Below are positions 10,210-20,079 of a stretch of 64,000 bases of DNA, in pieces (positions within the stretch are counted from its first letter, which is position 1; each line of letters starts with the position of its first letter). The position numbers were made by a program, and so were the translations under genes. The DNA comes from Corallochytrium limacisporum Hawaii. Lineage: Eukaryota > Protista > Pluriformea. A model generated the notes under the pieces. The model was not told where the DNA came from, searched no databases, and worked only from the letters and a program-made list of their open reading frames with translations. Location of the stretch: the NCBI GenBank assembly GCA_002811645.1, contig PDIP01000005.1, forward strand, positions 321,165 to 385,164. The letters run 5' to 3'.

Positions 10210-13200
10210 ATGGCTGGCAGAGAACACGCACTAATGTCCGAGGCGTTGACTGAGGTAGTCACACCTCAACAAGGACATGGAACATATCAGCTGAATTCGG
10301 CTGGTGTAGAGTGCACGCCCCCAACCGGGGACTCATCTCTTATCCTTGATCATGCTGTCAATGAAACTGGCACATCAGGTCAGAGTGGTATAACAAATCT
10401 GCGTAGGAGTGGCGTAGGTATGGGAGCGTATCTTGGCTCCTCTGTGGAGAGCTTAAGGTCGAAATTGGTGCGACTACGCAGCGCTGCTGCTGCAGCCACG
10501 TCGTCATCTGCTGCCTCTAGCGAGGCATCCACATCCCCTGGTATGACCATGAAGCAGCCAGTCCCTCTGTTCCGTCAACAGCAACTTCTTAGAAATAGTA
10601 TAGATTCCGTAGTGACCAGCACACCGAATACGGCAGGGGTACAGGACGCCGGGAATGCCAGTCTAAGCAGCTTGAGTTCATCAGACGAATCGACGCCTGC
10701 ACAGAAGGGTCGCGGGGTTGGTGTAACAAGCTCGACACCGAATACCGAGATACATGTACAGCAGGTCACTCCTGCATCCCAGGATCCCTATCGCACGCCA
10801 CCGGTGATGAACACAGCGACCATTGCGTCACCACAGATTGCGGGTTCTGTGGCAAGGCACCCTGGGACGTCTGCACTGGGTGCAGCGCGTCGGCGGTCGT
10901 CCCGCGGTGGCCCACCTTCAACCTTTCGGCGCTTGAGCAGTAGCAATACTGTGTTACAGCAGGCTTTGCACTCCACTACCACTGGAGATAGCGCCTCACG
11001 CACCATGTCGACGCCTGACTCTGCGCAAGGTGCAGGATCACGGCAAGAGGGCGTTGCACCAGCGAGATTACGAGCAGAAAGCCAGGCTGTTCAGTTGGCC
11101 GTTGAAAACTATCCACACACCAAACGGGCCCTAGACCTTTCGGCCGTGTCGGACACGCCTGGTGGACAGCAGATTGATGCAATGTACACCACACCGAGTG
11201 GTCAGCTGGCCATGAATCCTGTCACAACGGATCTCATCAATCGGAGGAGCTCTGGTGAGTTCATGGCGGATGACAGCCACCTTGGATCGTCAAGTTCAAA
11301 AACCTTGTCCGCTGACTCGCGGGTCAAGCACATGAACAAACAATCTTTGGTTGAAGCAATGAGTTCGGCAAAACTGGAAGAGGGTGTGCAGCTGTATGCC
11401 AGTACTGTAGTCAGCCGAACTGTTGACTATTCGGTGGTCTTGATCAGCGATTTTCACGACGGGGACTGCAATAACAAACCCTGTCCCAATACAGAGGTCG
11501 GCATGATCGAGTTTTCGCGAACTTCCTTCAGGGTAGCTGAGAGCCATCGACTCACTGGGGATAATGCGATGGCCAAGAGCATGTACAAAACCATCGCATC
11601 CAAACTGGACACTGCACTAAGCCGAATGAACGATACGGAAATGGACGGTATCTGGCGACTCCGACGGGATGTAGCATGGGGCCTGCACTTAACTTGTCTC
11701 GCCCAGAACTGCCGCAATGAAGCCCTCCTTTCTTTGGAGGACGTCAAATCAGGTCATCGCACTGTTCGGGAATGGACTAGCATCGGTCAACTCTCTGCAT
11801 CTCTTGGTTCGTTGCAAAAAGCAGTGTCCGCTTTGAGGACGGCAGTGACTTTGACTCCCACGAATGGATCTCCCATGGAAGCTATGGCCGCGTGGATTGG
11901 GTTAGCCGACCTCGGACAGCTGCAACCGATGCGCAAGGATCTTGGCACGGGTGCCATCCTGAATGCGGCAGGACCACATGGCAATTCATTGTCCAACTAT
12001 CCTGAGAATTTTTTGCACTACTTGCGCCAGAAGGCCTTCAACACTCGGATGTCTTACCAGTCTGCAATTGTTTTCCATCAATGGCTCACTAGAGAAGCTG
12101 ATATGCCTCTCAGAACGGAGGTGCGGAGCCTTTGCATCGCAGCTGAGTCCATGTACCAAGCAGGATACGAATTTCAGTCACTTTCTTGCCTGCAAAAGGC
12201 AGTTTTACTGCAATGCTCTGACAATCACGCGCCCACAGCACTGATCCACGTCATCCGCCTGAGCAAGGGTCGGTTTGTGGAATTGCTGGCACGGTACGGT
12301 GCGCCACAGGTTCTTCTGCGGCTCTCAAAATTCCTGTCTGAGGCCAATGGAAGCCACCAAGAGGATTTGGACCTCTTGCACACCCTCATGCTCTACGCTC
12401 AGTCCCAAATTGTCGAAGACGAGAGTGCATCCGAAAACACCACGGCAAATCAGTACAGACAGCTGGCAGAGCGGTACCTAGTAAGTCTGACCAAGAGTCA
12501 GGACAGCAGTCGATTCTATCGGGAGAAGGGTCTGCATCTGGAATCTCAGGGTAAGCTTATGCGGGCGGTACAAGCGTACCGCTCTTCATGGAGCTTGCAG
12601 CGTAGTGCTGAGCTGGCTGAACGCATTATTCGCTGTCATATGGGGTTGGGTCGTGTTCGGGATGCGAAGAGCATGCTGAAGACTCTTACATCTTTGTGTT
12701 CAGAGAAAGTGGAGCAGAAGACAGATCGCATGATTGATTTACCAGAGGCTGAGAATTTCTTCAACAGCCGGGTTCAGGCCATCGGATTGGAATTGCAGAT
12801 CTGGGAATTGCTCCGGCGTGAGGAAAATCCAACACATATTATGGAATCGCTGGTTGATGCTGCGATGGACGAAGAAACTGTGCACGGAAGTGACAGAGAT
12901 GGTGAACCCACATATCTTCTCAAACCAGAATTGTGCTCCTCAAAAGGTGTGATCAGTGTGCTGCGTCTGTCCAATCTTGTGATCGAGCAGTGTTGCCGGT
13001 CGTCTGAGGATAGTGATGAGTGTGATGACCATATGCAACGCACGGCTCGGATTCCTCAGAAGATCCAAGACATTCTACACGACGTCGTTTCCGCCGTCCA
13101 TGAGGAACTCCAAAGACAAGAAGAGACTAACTGCAATGAACACCACACCACTATGCAGCGCATGAGCCATGAAAGTATCCATTATGCAATTCCACAGATT

Positions 13201-13605
13201 GTTCGAAACGTCACCAATCCTGCGGAGGCCTCCCTGCGCTCCCAAAGCACTGCTACTGGCAGTGCAAGCAAGGTCCTTGCCCTACAGGGCCAAGAGATCC
13301 TCGAGTCTCTGGCGACGCTACAGACTGCCCTGGGTCTTTTTCAAGAAAGTCTCCAAACGTACCGTTGTGCACTGAAGCGTCGGCCGAAGGACAAGACGCT
13401 GGTTTCGGGTCTTGCTCGAGTCCAAGCAGCGCTGTCAGCGGAGACGGAGCGCCGGCGCCGGGAGCACCTACAGCAGCATGTTACGGGCAGTAGCCACCGT
13501 ACTATGGTGACGCCGTCGTCGATGGTGGGCTCGGACACAATTGATGACGATGATCGGCTCGGACACGGTGACACAATGGAGGAGAGCGTAGACGAAGAAA
13601 TGTAG
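10210..13605 (+). CDS. TPR protein with long disordered N-terminus, APC7-like
   Basis: 1131 aa ORF. EALLSLEDVKSGHRTVREWTSIGQLSASLG..AVSALRTAVTLTP..AWIGL and the C-terminal QESLQTYRCALKRRPKDKTLVSGL plus acidic tail resemble APC7 TPR segments as recalled. CDS is secure; identity is tentative. Confidence 0.55.
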   Translation: MAGREHALMSEALTEVVTPQQGHGTYQLNSAGVECTPPTGDSSLILDHAVNETGTSGQSGITNLRRSGVGMGAYLGSSVESLRSKLVRLRSAAAAATSSSAASSEASTSPGMTMKQPVPLFRQQQLLRNSIDSVVTSTPNTAGVQDAGNASLSSLSSSDESTPAQKGRGVGVTSSTPNTEIHVQQVTPASQDPYRTPPVMNTATIASPQIAGSVARHPGTSALGAARRRSSRGGPPSTFRRLSSSNTVLQQALHSTTTGDSASRTMSTPDSAQGAGSRQEGVAPARLRAESQAVQLAVENYPHTKRALDLSAVSDTPGGQQIDAMYTTPSGQLAMNPVTTDLINRRSSGEFMADDSHLGSSSSKTLSADSRVKHMNKQSLVEAMSSAKLEEGVQLYASTVVSRTVDYSVVLISDFHDGDCNNKPCPNTEVGMIEFSRTSFRVAESHRLTGDNAMAKSMYKTIASKLDTALSRMNDTEMDGIWRLRRDVAWGLHLTCLAQNCRNEALLSLEDVKSGHRTVREWTSIGQLSASLGSLQKAVSALRTAVTLTPTNGSPMEAMAAWIGLADLGQLQPMRKDLGTGAILNAAGPHGNSLSNYPENFLHYLRQKAFNTRMSYQSAIVFHQWLTREADMPLRTEVRSLCIAAESMYQAGYEFQSLSCLQKAVLLQCSDNHAPTALIHVIRLSKGRFVELLARYGAPQVLLRLSKFLSEANGSHQEDLDLLHTLMLYAQSQIVEDESASENTTANQYRQLAERYLVSLTKSQDSSRFYREKGLHLESQGKLMRAVQAYRSSWSLQRSAELAERIIRCHMGLGRVRDAKSMLKTLTSLCSEKVEQKTDRMIDLPEAENFFNSRVQAIGLELQIWELLRREENPTHIMESLVDAAMDEETVHGSDRDGEPTYLLKPELCSSKGVISVLRLSNLVIEQCCRSSEDSDECDDHMQRTARIPQKIQDILHDVVSAVHEELQRQEETNCNEHHTTMQRMSHESIHYAIPQIVRNVTNPAEASLRSQSTATGSASKVLALQGQEILESLATLQTALGLFQESLQTYRCALKRRPKDKTLVSGLARVQAALSAETERRRREHLQQHVTGSSHRTMVTPSSMVGSDTIDDDDRLGHGDTMEESVDEEM

Positions 13606-13651
13606 TTACAGTACAAGTGACAGAATATTCAAAATATATATTGACATGAAT

Positions 13652-16267
13652 TTAGTCCATGACAAAGACCTCTCCATATTGATAGATGCGCTGGACAGTT
13701 TGGTGGACTTTACCGGCTGCCGCAGTGAGCGCTTTACCATGCAAGAGGGTTTCGTCAACTTCGATGTCCACGACGGCGTTGGCAAGCGACGCATACTGGG
13801 CCTCAATCTGTGGCAGTGACAGCAGTCCCTCTTCCAGACGTTCCAAGCTGTCGGCGGAGGGGTTTGCGGTGAGCAGTGGGCTCCCAGACAAGGCACCGTC
13901 AGAGGTATCGACTTCCACCAGCGTGTCTTGGAGCTTCGCACCATTGACGTTTAAGAAGACGATTATAGCCGGTGCGACCTCGAGTGCCAAGCGCTTTGCA
14001 CCCTTGTGACTGAGTGCTGTAAGGACTGGGAACGGTTTTCCAGTTTTGCCTGTAGTGCGAGATAACGACGGACCCTTGATATCCTCCACTCGGATTCCAT
14101 ACATGGCGCCATTGAGGGCACCAACATCTAGAAGTTTGCCAGCGTCCTTGGCAGAGTGCATCTCTCGAGAGTTTACGAAATTGTAGCGAGCGGCAGAAGG
14201 ATTCTGTTCCTCCTCTGGCCTGGGTTTGCGAGACGTACAAGGTTTGACCGCACGATAGGTATCTGGGAAAGATGCGAATAGTTCTTCCAACACATCGTCT
14301 GCCATGAAGCCCACGATCACAACTGGGGGTTTCACAGCTTTCGGGATCACAACCATGCGGCCAGGAATGTAGGTGTGGCATTCGGGTTTAGAACTTGTCC
14401 CGAGACTGCTCATACCACGGCGGTACTGCAACATACTGTGATGAACAAGATCAAAGGTGAGCCCGATGGAAGCGCCAACCTCTGTGTTTCGTTCCTCTTG
14501 CTCCAGGTGACCTACATTAACCAAAGAAAGCTTTGATCCATTCAGACGATCCAACAACGCATCAGAGTAGGTTTGCAACGATCGTTGGCTCAAAATCACA
14601 AACTCTTCATCGTCAATGACGACCCCAGAGTCCATGTCCCGGGAGATACGTGTGCTAGCATCATTGACCGTATCGGTACCTGCGTTAAACATGGGACTGC
14701 TCGTGCGACTAATCCGGGGACTGCTGCAGCGGCTGATTCTGGGACTACTCGAGCGGCTAATCCGGGGACTGCTAGTACGGCTAATCCAGGGACTACTAGT
14801 GTGGCTAACCCGGGGACTACTAGTGCGGCTAATCCGGGGGCTGCTCGAGCGGCTAATCCGGGGGCTGCTGGTGCGCCTTAACATGGGACTGTGGGTGCGA
14901 CTGATCCTGGAACCGCTCGCAGCGTTAAGTTCATCACTGGACGACCGCTTATGAGTAGGTGGTGGACCCGAAGACTTGATTGAAGACGTGGAACGACGCC
15001 CGCGAAATGACGACCGACTGCGTCGACTGCTGCGTAAACTCTTGGGACGTGAAGATCGACGGCGCTCGAGAGCGTCTGGCAAGGTCACTTTTGTTGGTAC
15101 CGTGTCAATCTCTTTGGCATTGAAAGCATGCAGGCCATTGTCGCTCTCTTTACTCTCAGTAACCTCAGGCACTGTTGCCACATCCTGAGTCGGTGTTGAG
15201 GGTGCCGATGTCAGAGCGGGCGATTCGGCACCATTCAGTGCAGCTTCCCAGAGCCGCGCCACAGTCCACCAGTGGGATTCCCTTTCGCCGTCACGAATGC
15301 ACACAACGTCACAGGGATTCACAGACTTCACCGGTCGGTTCAAAGGAGGCTGTGGCACGAGAAGGTTTGCACTACCTGAGGTGAGGGATCCTGGAGGTGG
15401 ATTGCAACTGTAGCAGACTTTGAAAACCTGGCCTGTCATCGTAGACGAGTCTCCACATACATTGTAACCGGATATAGCAAGGCAAGCGTGCGACCCACCA
15501 ACTGGAGGAAGCAGCACAGAAGGGAACTTTGACCGGGACATTGTCATTGCCGAGGTTGCAGATGTCATCTTTCCATACAAGAGCTCCGATTTAGTGCTAG
15601 AAAGTTCGTTCATATCATGTAGCGCATCGTAGGATGCACCCAAGCCAAGCTTGTTTAATGACGTTCTTGACTTGAGCAGCAAAAGATCGGCCTCCGAGCC
15701 GGATGCATTCAGGTCTGTGCTCGCTGTTTCCCGTAACTGATCGTCCACATTCGACAGCAGGGAGTGCAACAAATCGAATCGAAGCTCAACCTCGACGGCC
15801 ATACTCAGTACTCCTCTCTGACTTGTCTCACGTAAACTGTTCATGGTGTGCTCCCGGCTCACTACAGTATTCCCTTGGATTGCGATGATCGTATCCCCCC
15901 TGCGTATCCCAGCCTTGCTTGCGGGTGAATCAGGAAATACATGAGTTACCAATACTACAGTTTCCTCGTACTCATCTGTGATGTCAACAAGCACCATACC
16001 CCAGGGTTTGGTCTTGCAGCTTCTTTCTAAAGTTACAGTCCGATCCTCAAGATCAAAACCCTTTGGTTCAGTGCTTCCACGGCGGCATAAGCGGTCCCGA
16101 CTATTGTAAACGTGATCAAGAACATGTAAGAAAACGTCGTTTCCAAGTGCTGTCTGGGTCATTTTGAGGCAACGACTTGCTGCTCCCATGTCATCTTGAC
16201 CTTGTATCAGTTGATGAAGCATTCTGCGGACCTTCAAAGCCCGTGCTCTGGAAGTGTGGCACGCCAT
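13652..16267 (-). CDS. MAGUK-like scaffold: PDZ, degenerate SH3, expanded HOOK region, guanylate-kinase-like domain
   Basis: PDZ: VTLERS..PWGMVL...VTHVFPDSPASKAGIRRGDTIIAIQG. SH3-like: PCDVVCIRDGERESHWW. GuK: PVVIVG...FPDTY...PCTSRKPRPEE...YNFV...LLDVGALNGAMYGI...AIIVFL. Confidence 0.8.
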   Translation of the reverse strand: MACHTSRARALKVRRMLHQLIQGQDDMGAASRCLKMTQTALGNDVFLHVLDHVYNSRDRLCRRGSTEPKGFDLEDRTVTLERSCKTKPWGMVLVDITDEYEETVVLVTHVFPDSPASKAGIRRGDTIIAIQGNTVVSREHTMNSLRETSQRGVLSMAVEVELRFDLLHSLLSNVDDQLRETASTDLNASGSEADLLLLKSRTSLNKLGLGASYDALHDMNELSSTKSELLYGKMTSATSAMTMSRSKFPSVLLPPVGGSHACLAISGYNVCGDSSTMTGQVFKVCYSCNPPPGSLTSGSANLLVPQPPLNRPVKSVNPCDVVCIRDGERESHWWTVARLWEAALNGAESPALTSAPSTPTQDVATVPEVTESKESDNGLHAFNAKEIDTVPTKVTLPDALERRRSSRPKSLRSSRRSRSSFRGRRSTSSIKSSGPPPTHKRSSSDELNAASGSRISRTHSPMLRRTSSPRISRSSSPRISRTSSPRVSHTSSPWISRTSSPRISRSSSPRISRCSSPRISRTSSPMFNAGTDTVNDASTRISRDMDSGVVIDDEEFVILSQRSLQTYSDALLDRLNGSKLSLVNVGHLEQEERNTEVGASIGLTFDLVHHSMLQYRRGMSSLGTSSKPECHTYIPGRMVVIPKAVKPPVVIVGFMADDVLEELFASFPDTYRAVKPCTSRKPRPEEEQNPSAARYNFVNSREMHSAKDAGKLLDVGALNGAMYGIRVEDIKGPSLSRTTGKTGKPFPVLTALSHKGAKRLALEVAPAIIVFLNVNGAKLQDTLVEVDTSDGALSGSPLLTANPSADSLERLEEGLLSLPQIEAQYASLANAVVDIEVDETLLHGKALTAAAGKVHQTVQRIYQYGEVFVMD
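14693..14908 (-). repeat. Coding 24-bp tandem repeat, 9 units (consensus peptide RISRTSSP)
   Basis: Units such as gggactgctcgtgcgactaatccg; translation RISRTHSP MLRRTSSP RISRSSSP RISRTSSP RVSHTSSP WISRTSSP RISRSSSP RISRCSSP RISRTSSP. Confidence 0.95.
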
Positions 16268-18768
16268 TTCTATGTCACATCCTCATGACCCTCATGTATA
16301 CACACTTCCTTGATCTGACCTGTTGCACCTGCACTCTCTCCAAAGTCTCACTGAACTTTAACTGATGAGTCCATCATTATTTGGAAACGCTAGTCGACCT
16401 CGTCACGATCGTTCCTGTTCTACCAGCACCTCTGTGCAGAGGACAGATACGACCCAGATGAGAAGCCATAGAGTAGGCTCGAAAAGAAACAGTGTGAAAT
16501 CAAGATGTGCCAGTGTGTTGCAGTTAGAACTCTAAAACGTCTTCGCAAATCATTAGACGTCGCAACCAACTTACTTACTCTCCCAATTCTGCGCAGAAGC
16601 TCGGGCAGCGGGGCCCAAAACCTGAAGCGTCCGAACGGGCACGTCCTACCTTCCAGTGTCTCATTCATGAATTGATAAGTCCCTTCACATTCTTTTCCGA
16701 TACTGAATATATTGGTGAAGATAGGCTGGGGGTGCATGATGCTAATTCGGTTTGTGCCCAGGCTCAATACCGTGGGGCCTAGTTACACACCCACACGCTT
16801 GGGCCAAAAACCCACCACCCTTATTACCCCCACGCTGATCCACACCTCGTACATTCACTACCCTAACTAGAGATGGAAGACCTTTTCGCCCTTCCTGCTG
16901 ATTGGCTGTCTAGCCCCAGCCGCAGCGTCCAATAGTGAAAAGCACCTGCCCGCTCCTTTCCAGTACTCTCAGTGAGGAAAAAGCACCCGGAGCGTTGGGG
17001 TGGTCCAGTATCTCCCGATGCGCACGGAGGATTGCCGTACGTTCACTGCAGTCCCTGCAGAGTTGTCCGGCTAAACCCGCATTACGTAGAACTCGACGAG
17101 TCATTCTCGATTGGGGGTTGCGGCCCCAGGGAGGAAAGCAGCAAAGAAAAAAACTCCTCGTCCCCAGCCCAGGTTCCCCTTTTCTATCCCCCTGCCTCTC
17201 TCTTCCTCGCTTCTCCCCGGTAGCGCACCGCCACTGGTCTTGGAGGAGGGGCGAGGGGGCCACAAATGGCTCCCCCCCCCCCCGCAAAATGGTCCCAGCC
17301 GCGGAACCGTAGGCCGGTAAAACGGGGGTCCCTTTTAGGGTTGCGATTAAAGGGAACCCCAAATGTTCCTTTCTTCTTCGGGACGAAGGAAGGAGGGGGG
17401 TGGAGAGCCAACGGAGAGAGAAGGGAGGTAGAGTAAGTGAGGGGGGGGGAGAGACGGGAAGGAGGCGGGAACAGACCGCACTGACCCCAAATCCTCGGCA
17501 ACAAAAGCGCGGTAGTCGGGCCTTCTCCTCTGCGCGTGGGTTGGGAGAGGGACGGGGAGGGGAGGAGGGGAGGTTGCGAGAAGTGCGATGTGAACCGTTT
17601 CCGGCATATGGCAACATGGTTTATTTCGAACACATGAGCAGGACAAGGTGCGGTGCGCTCTCCGCACTGGTGCACTGCTAGCTAGCTAGGTGATTTCTTG
17701 CTGACTTGGCGGTGGTGTGCGGGCTGAGGCCAACAACCGGTGCCGTCGTTTCCCTTGCATTCATCAGGGACCGGATGGGTTTTGTCTTAGGTTGCACTAT
17801 TTCAAACCCGCCCCCCCCCATTCGAATTTCTGATGAAAACTGTGCCTTACTGCACTAATCAACGACTGGCCCAAGCAAGGGAGACAAGGGGAGGGAGGGG
17901 GCGGGACACGAGAATTGAGATTTTTTGCGAAATTCGCGAATTCCGCGAAGCATGGGAAGGGCTACGATCAGGCCATTCAATATTCAAACCCCTTCCCAGC
18001 GGAAGTAGGGGAAGGATTCTGAACGACGCTTAGTTGGAAAGCTGGACCCTTTTCCAAATCGAACCTGAGAAGGAATGCCCTCTGTTCACTATGGAATTCG
18101 AACCAAATTGCTCTGGGTCGCTGCCTGTTGGGACGGGGCCTTTCGTACATATAAGAGGGGCATGAAGCATGACCCTGCGTCCATACGCGATCGATTCAAT
18201 ATATAACATATGCATGATTTTCTCACCTATCAGAGCGGAAGTGATATCTTTCACGCGTCCCATTGGACGGTATCACCGGAAGTGGTGGTGGTATCATCCC
18301 GGGGTCTGAGTTCTGGAAGTCCCTACTACCCCCCCCCCTCTCCCCTGCGGCTCGCAAGTAAACAATTGGCATTAAAACAACAACCCGTAGGCTAAAGATC
18401 TTGTATTTTTTGGATTCTGCAAACAGACGATGATGATGATGTGAGAAGGGGTGGCGATGTGTTGTTCAATTCCCACCCTGTGCGGTGTGGTAGGCTGCTG
18501 GACTAGCGTATGCAGACGGAATGGCGACTGCTCGTTAGGGAGTGTAGTGTGTGCCTCTTTGTGCCGCAGTGGAGGGACCAGGGGTGACAAAATGGTCTCC
18601 GTTTCGCTGTTTTCTCTTTCCTTTTTCTTTCATTTCTACTGTAACCGTTGCTTTTTCGACTTTCCAGAAACCGATTGGTCCCTGTCTCAGTATGGTGTTG
18701 GTGGCCAAACGATGGCAAGGTCAGATTAGCAAAATGGTGAAACACGCGACTCGCGCCTCGTTGCTCTG

Positions 18769-18791
18769 CTCTCTCTCTCTCTCTCTCTCTC
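18769..18791. repeat. (CT)n microsatellite
   Basis: Direct reading of the sequence. Confidence 0.9.
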
Positions 18792-20079
18792 GCGCTGTTG
18801 GCTGGGCCTTTTTGTCTAGGGCAACCAAACCCCCCCTCCTCCTCCCTACTCCTCCTCCAACAGAGCCCCCTTTTGCTTTATTTGTTGTCGCCAACAGCGA
18901 TTGCCTTCTCACACTCCTCCTCCTCCCCCTCCCCCAGCCCAAAAGGAGGTATCGCCCTCGTCGTCTTGGCTATACTTTATCTTCCTTCCTCCACCCAATC
19001 TTTCGAGGGTGCTAATCATACTCTTTGTGCCCGGTCGGACCGTTGTCACAGCTGGTTGTGTACCCCCGGGTTTCCTCCTCACCCTGTCCACTGGCCCTGC
19101 CAATACCTGCGACACTCACACCGTCATCTGAAAATTTTCTTTTCGGTATCCACAGTGTGCGATTCCCCCGTTTAGTCATTGGTGTCCTTGTTTGTGTGTG
19201 TGCGTGTGTGTCCAATGTCGACACCGTCCCCCCCCTCCCGTTCCTTCGCTCCCGGCACCTTCACTCTTGCCCCCCCTCTCCTCTACCGGCCCCCCGCCGG
19301 GTCTTTTCTTCTCGATTACCGCAACAAAGGACCCGAAACGAGTCTAAAAGCGCCGTGGCACATACCGTCCCTCAGGACCCAAAGATCCACGGAAAAGGTG
19401 AAAAAAGAACAAGCACAAGGCAAGGAATGGTTGGTGTTTTTTTCCCCCACCCGCTCCGCCTCCCGTCGCTTACGACAAAATTTGAACCGCCCGGTTTCCC
19501 CGGTGCTGTGCTAGTACTACTGTGAAGACGGCTTAGTTTGATTGGTTTGCTGGGACCTGTACGGCCCCCGAGACTGGTTCCCAGGTTGCGGGAACCTCTC
19601 TATTCCCGTGTACGTCAATGCTTGGGCTGCTGGTGGTGCAGTTGTGGTGTGCTCCGGTGGTGTGTGTTGTGGTGATGAACTTGAAGCCTGTTCCTTTTTT
19701 GTTGTGTGCCGAATCGGGTTCGGTTCTCAAACAATGATTGAGCCTTTTCGGTCCCGGTTTTTCCTGTATTTCGTGCCAAATGCGCGGTCGTGTCGTTTCA
19801 CGAGAAAGTGCTCAATATTGAGTGACAGTGCAGTTTTGTTTGGGTTTCCGTCGTGTGTGAGAACCCAGTTTACAAGGCTCCTGTGGGTGGTGTGAGAGTC
19901 AATGACAGCGATTGTGACCTGGTATTTGGCTCTAATACAGCGGATCTAAGCATTTTCTTTTTATTTTCGGAAACAACTTTTGACGGTGCCCATCTTCATT
20001 TTGTTTTCTCCGATTTGCAACCCGGGTCGTGCGGCACCTTGTTCGCAAAACGTAATATTACCTCGGGTCAGACTACGGC

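Noticed and set aside
16910-17675. 235 aa and 163 aa minus-strand ORFs
   Set aside because: Pro/Arg/Ser-rich translations of low-complexity GC tracts; overlapping ORFs in several frames indicate stop-codon scarcity rather than coding.
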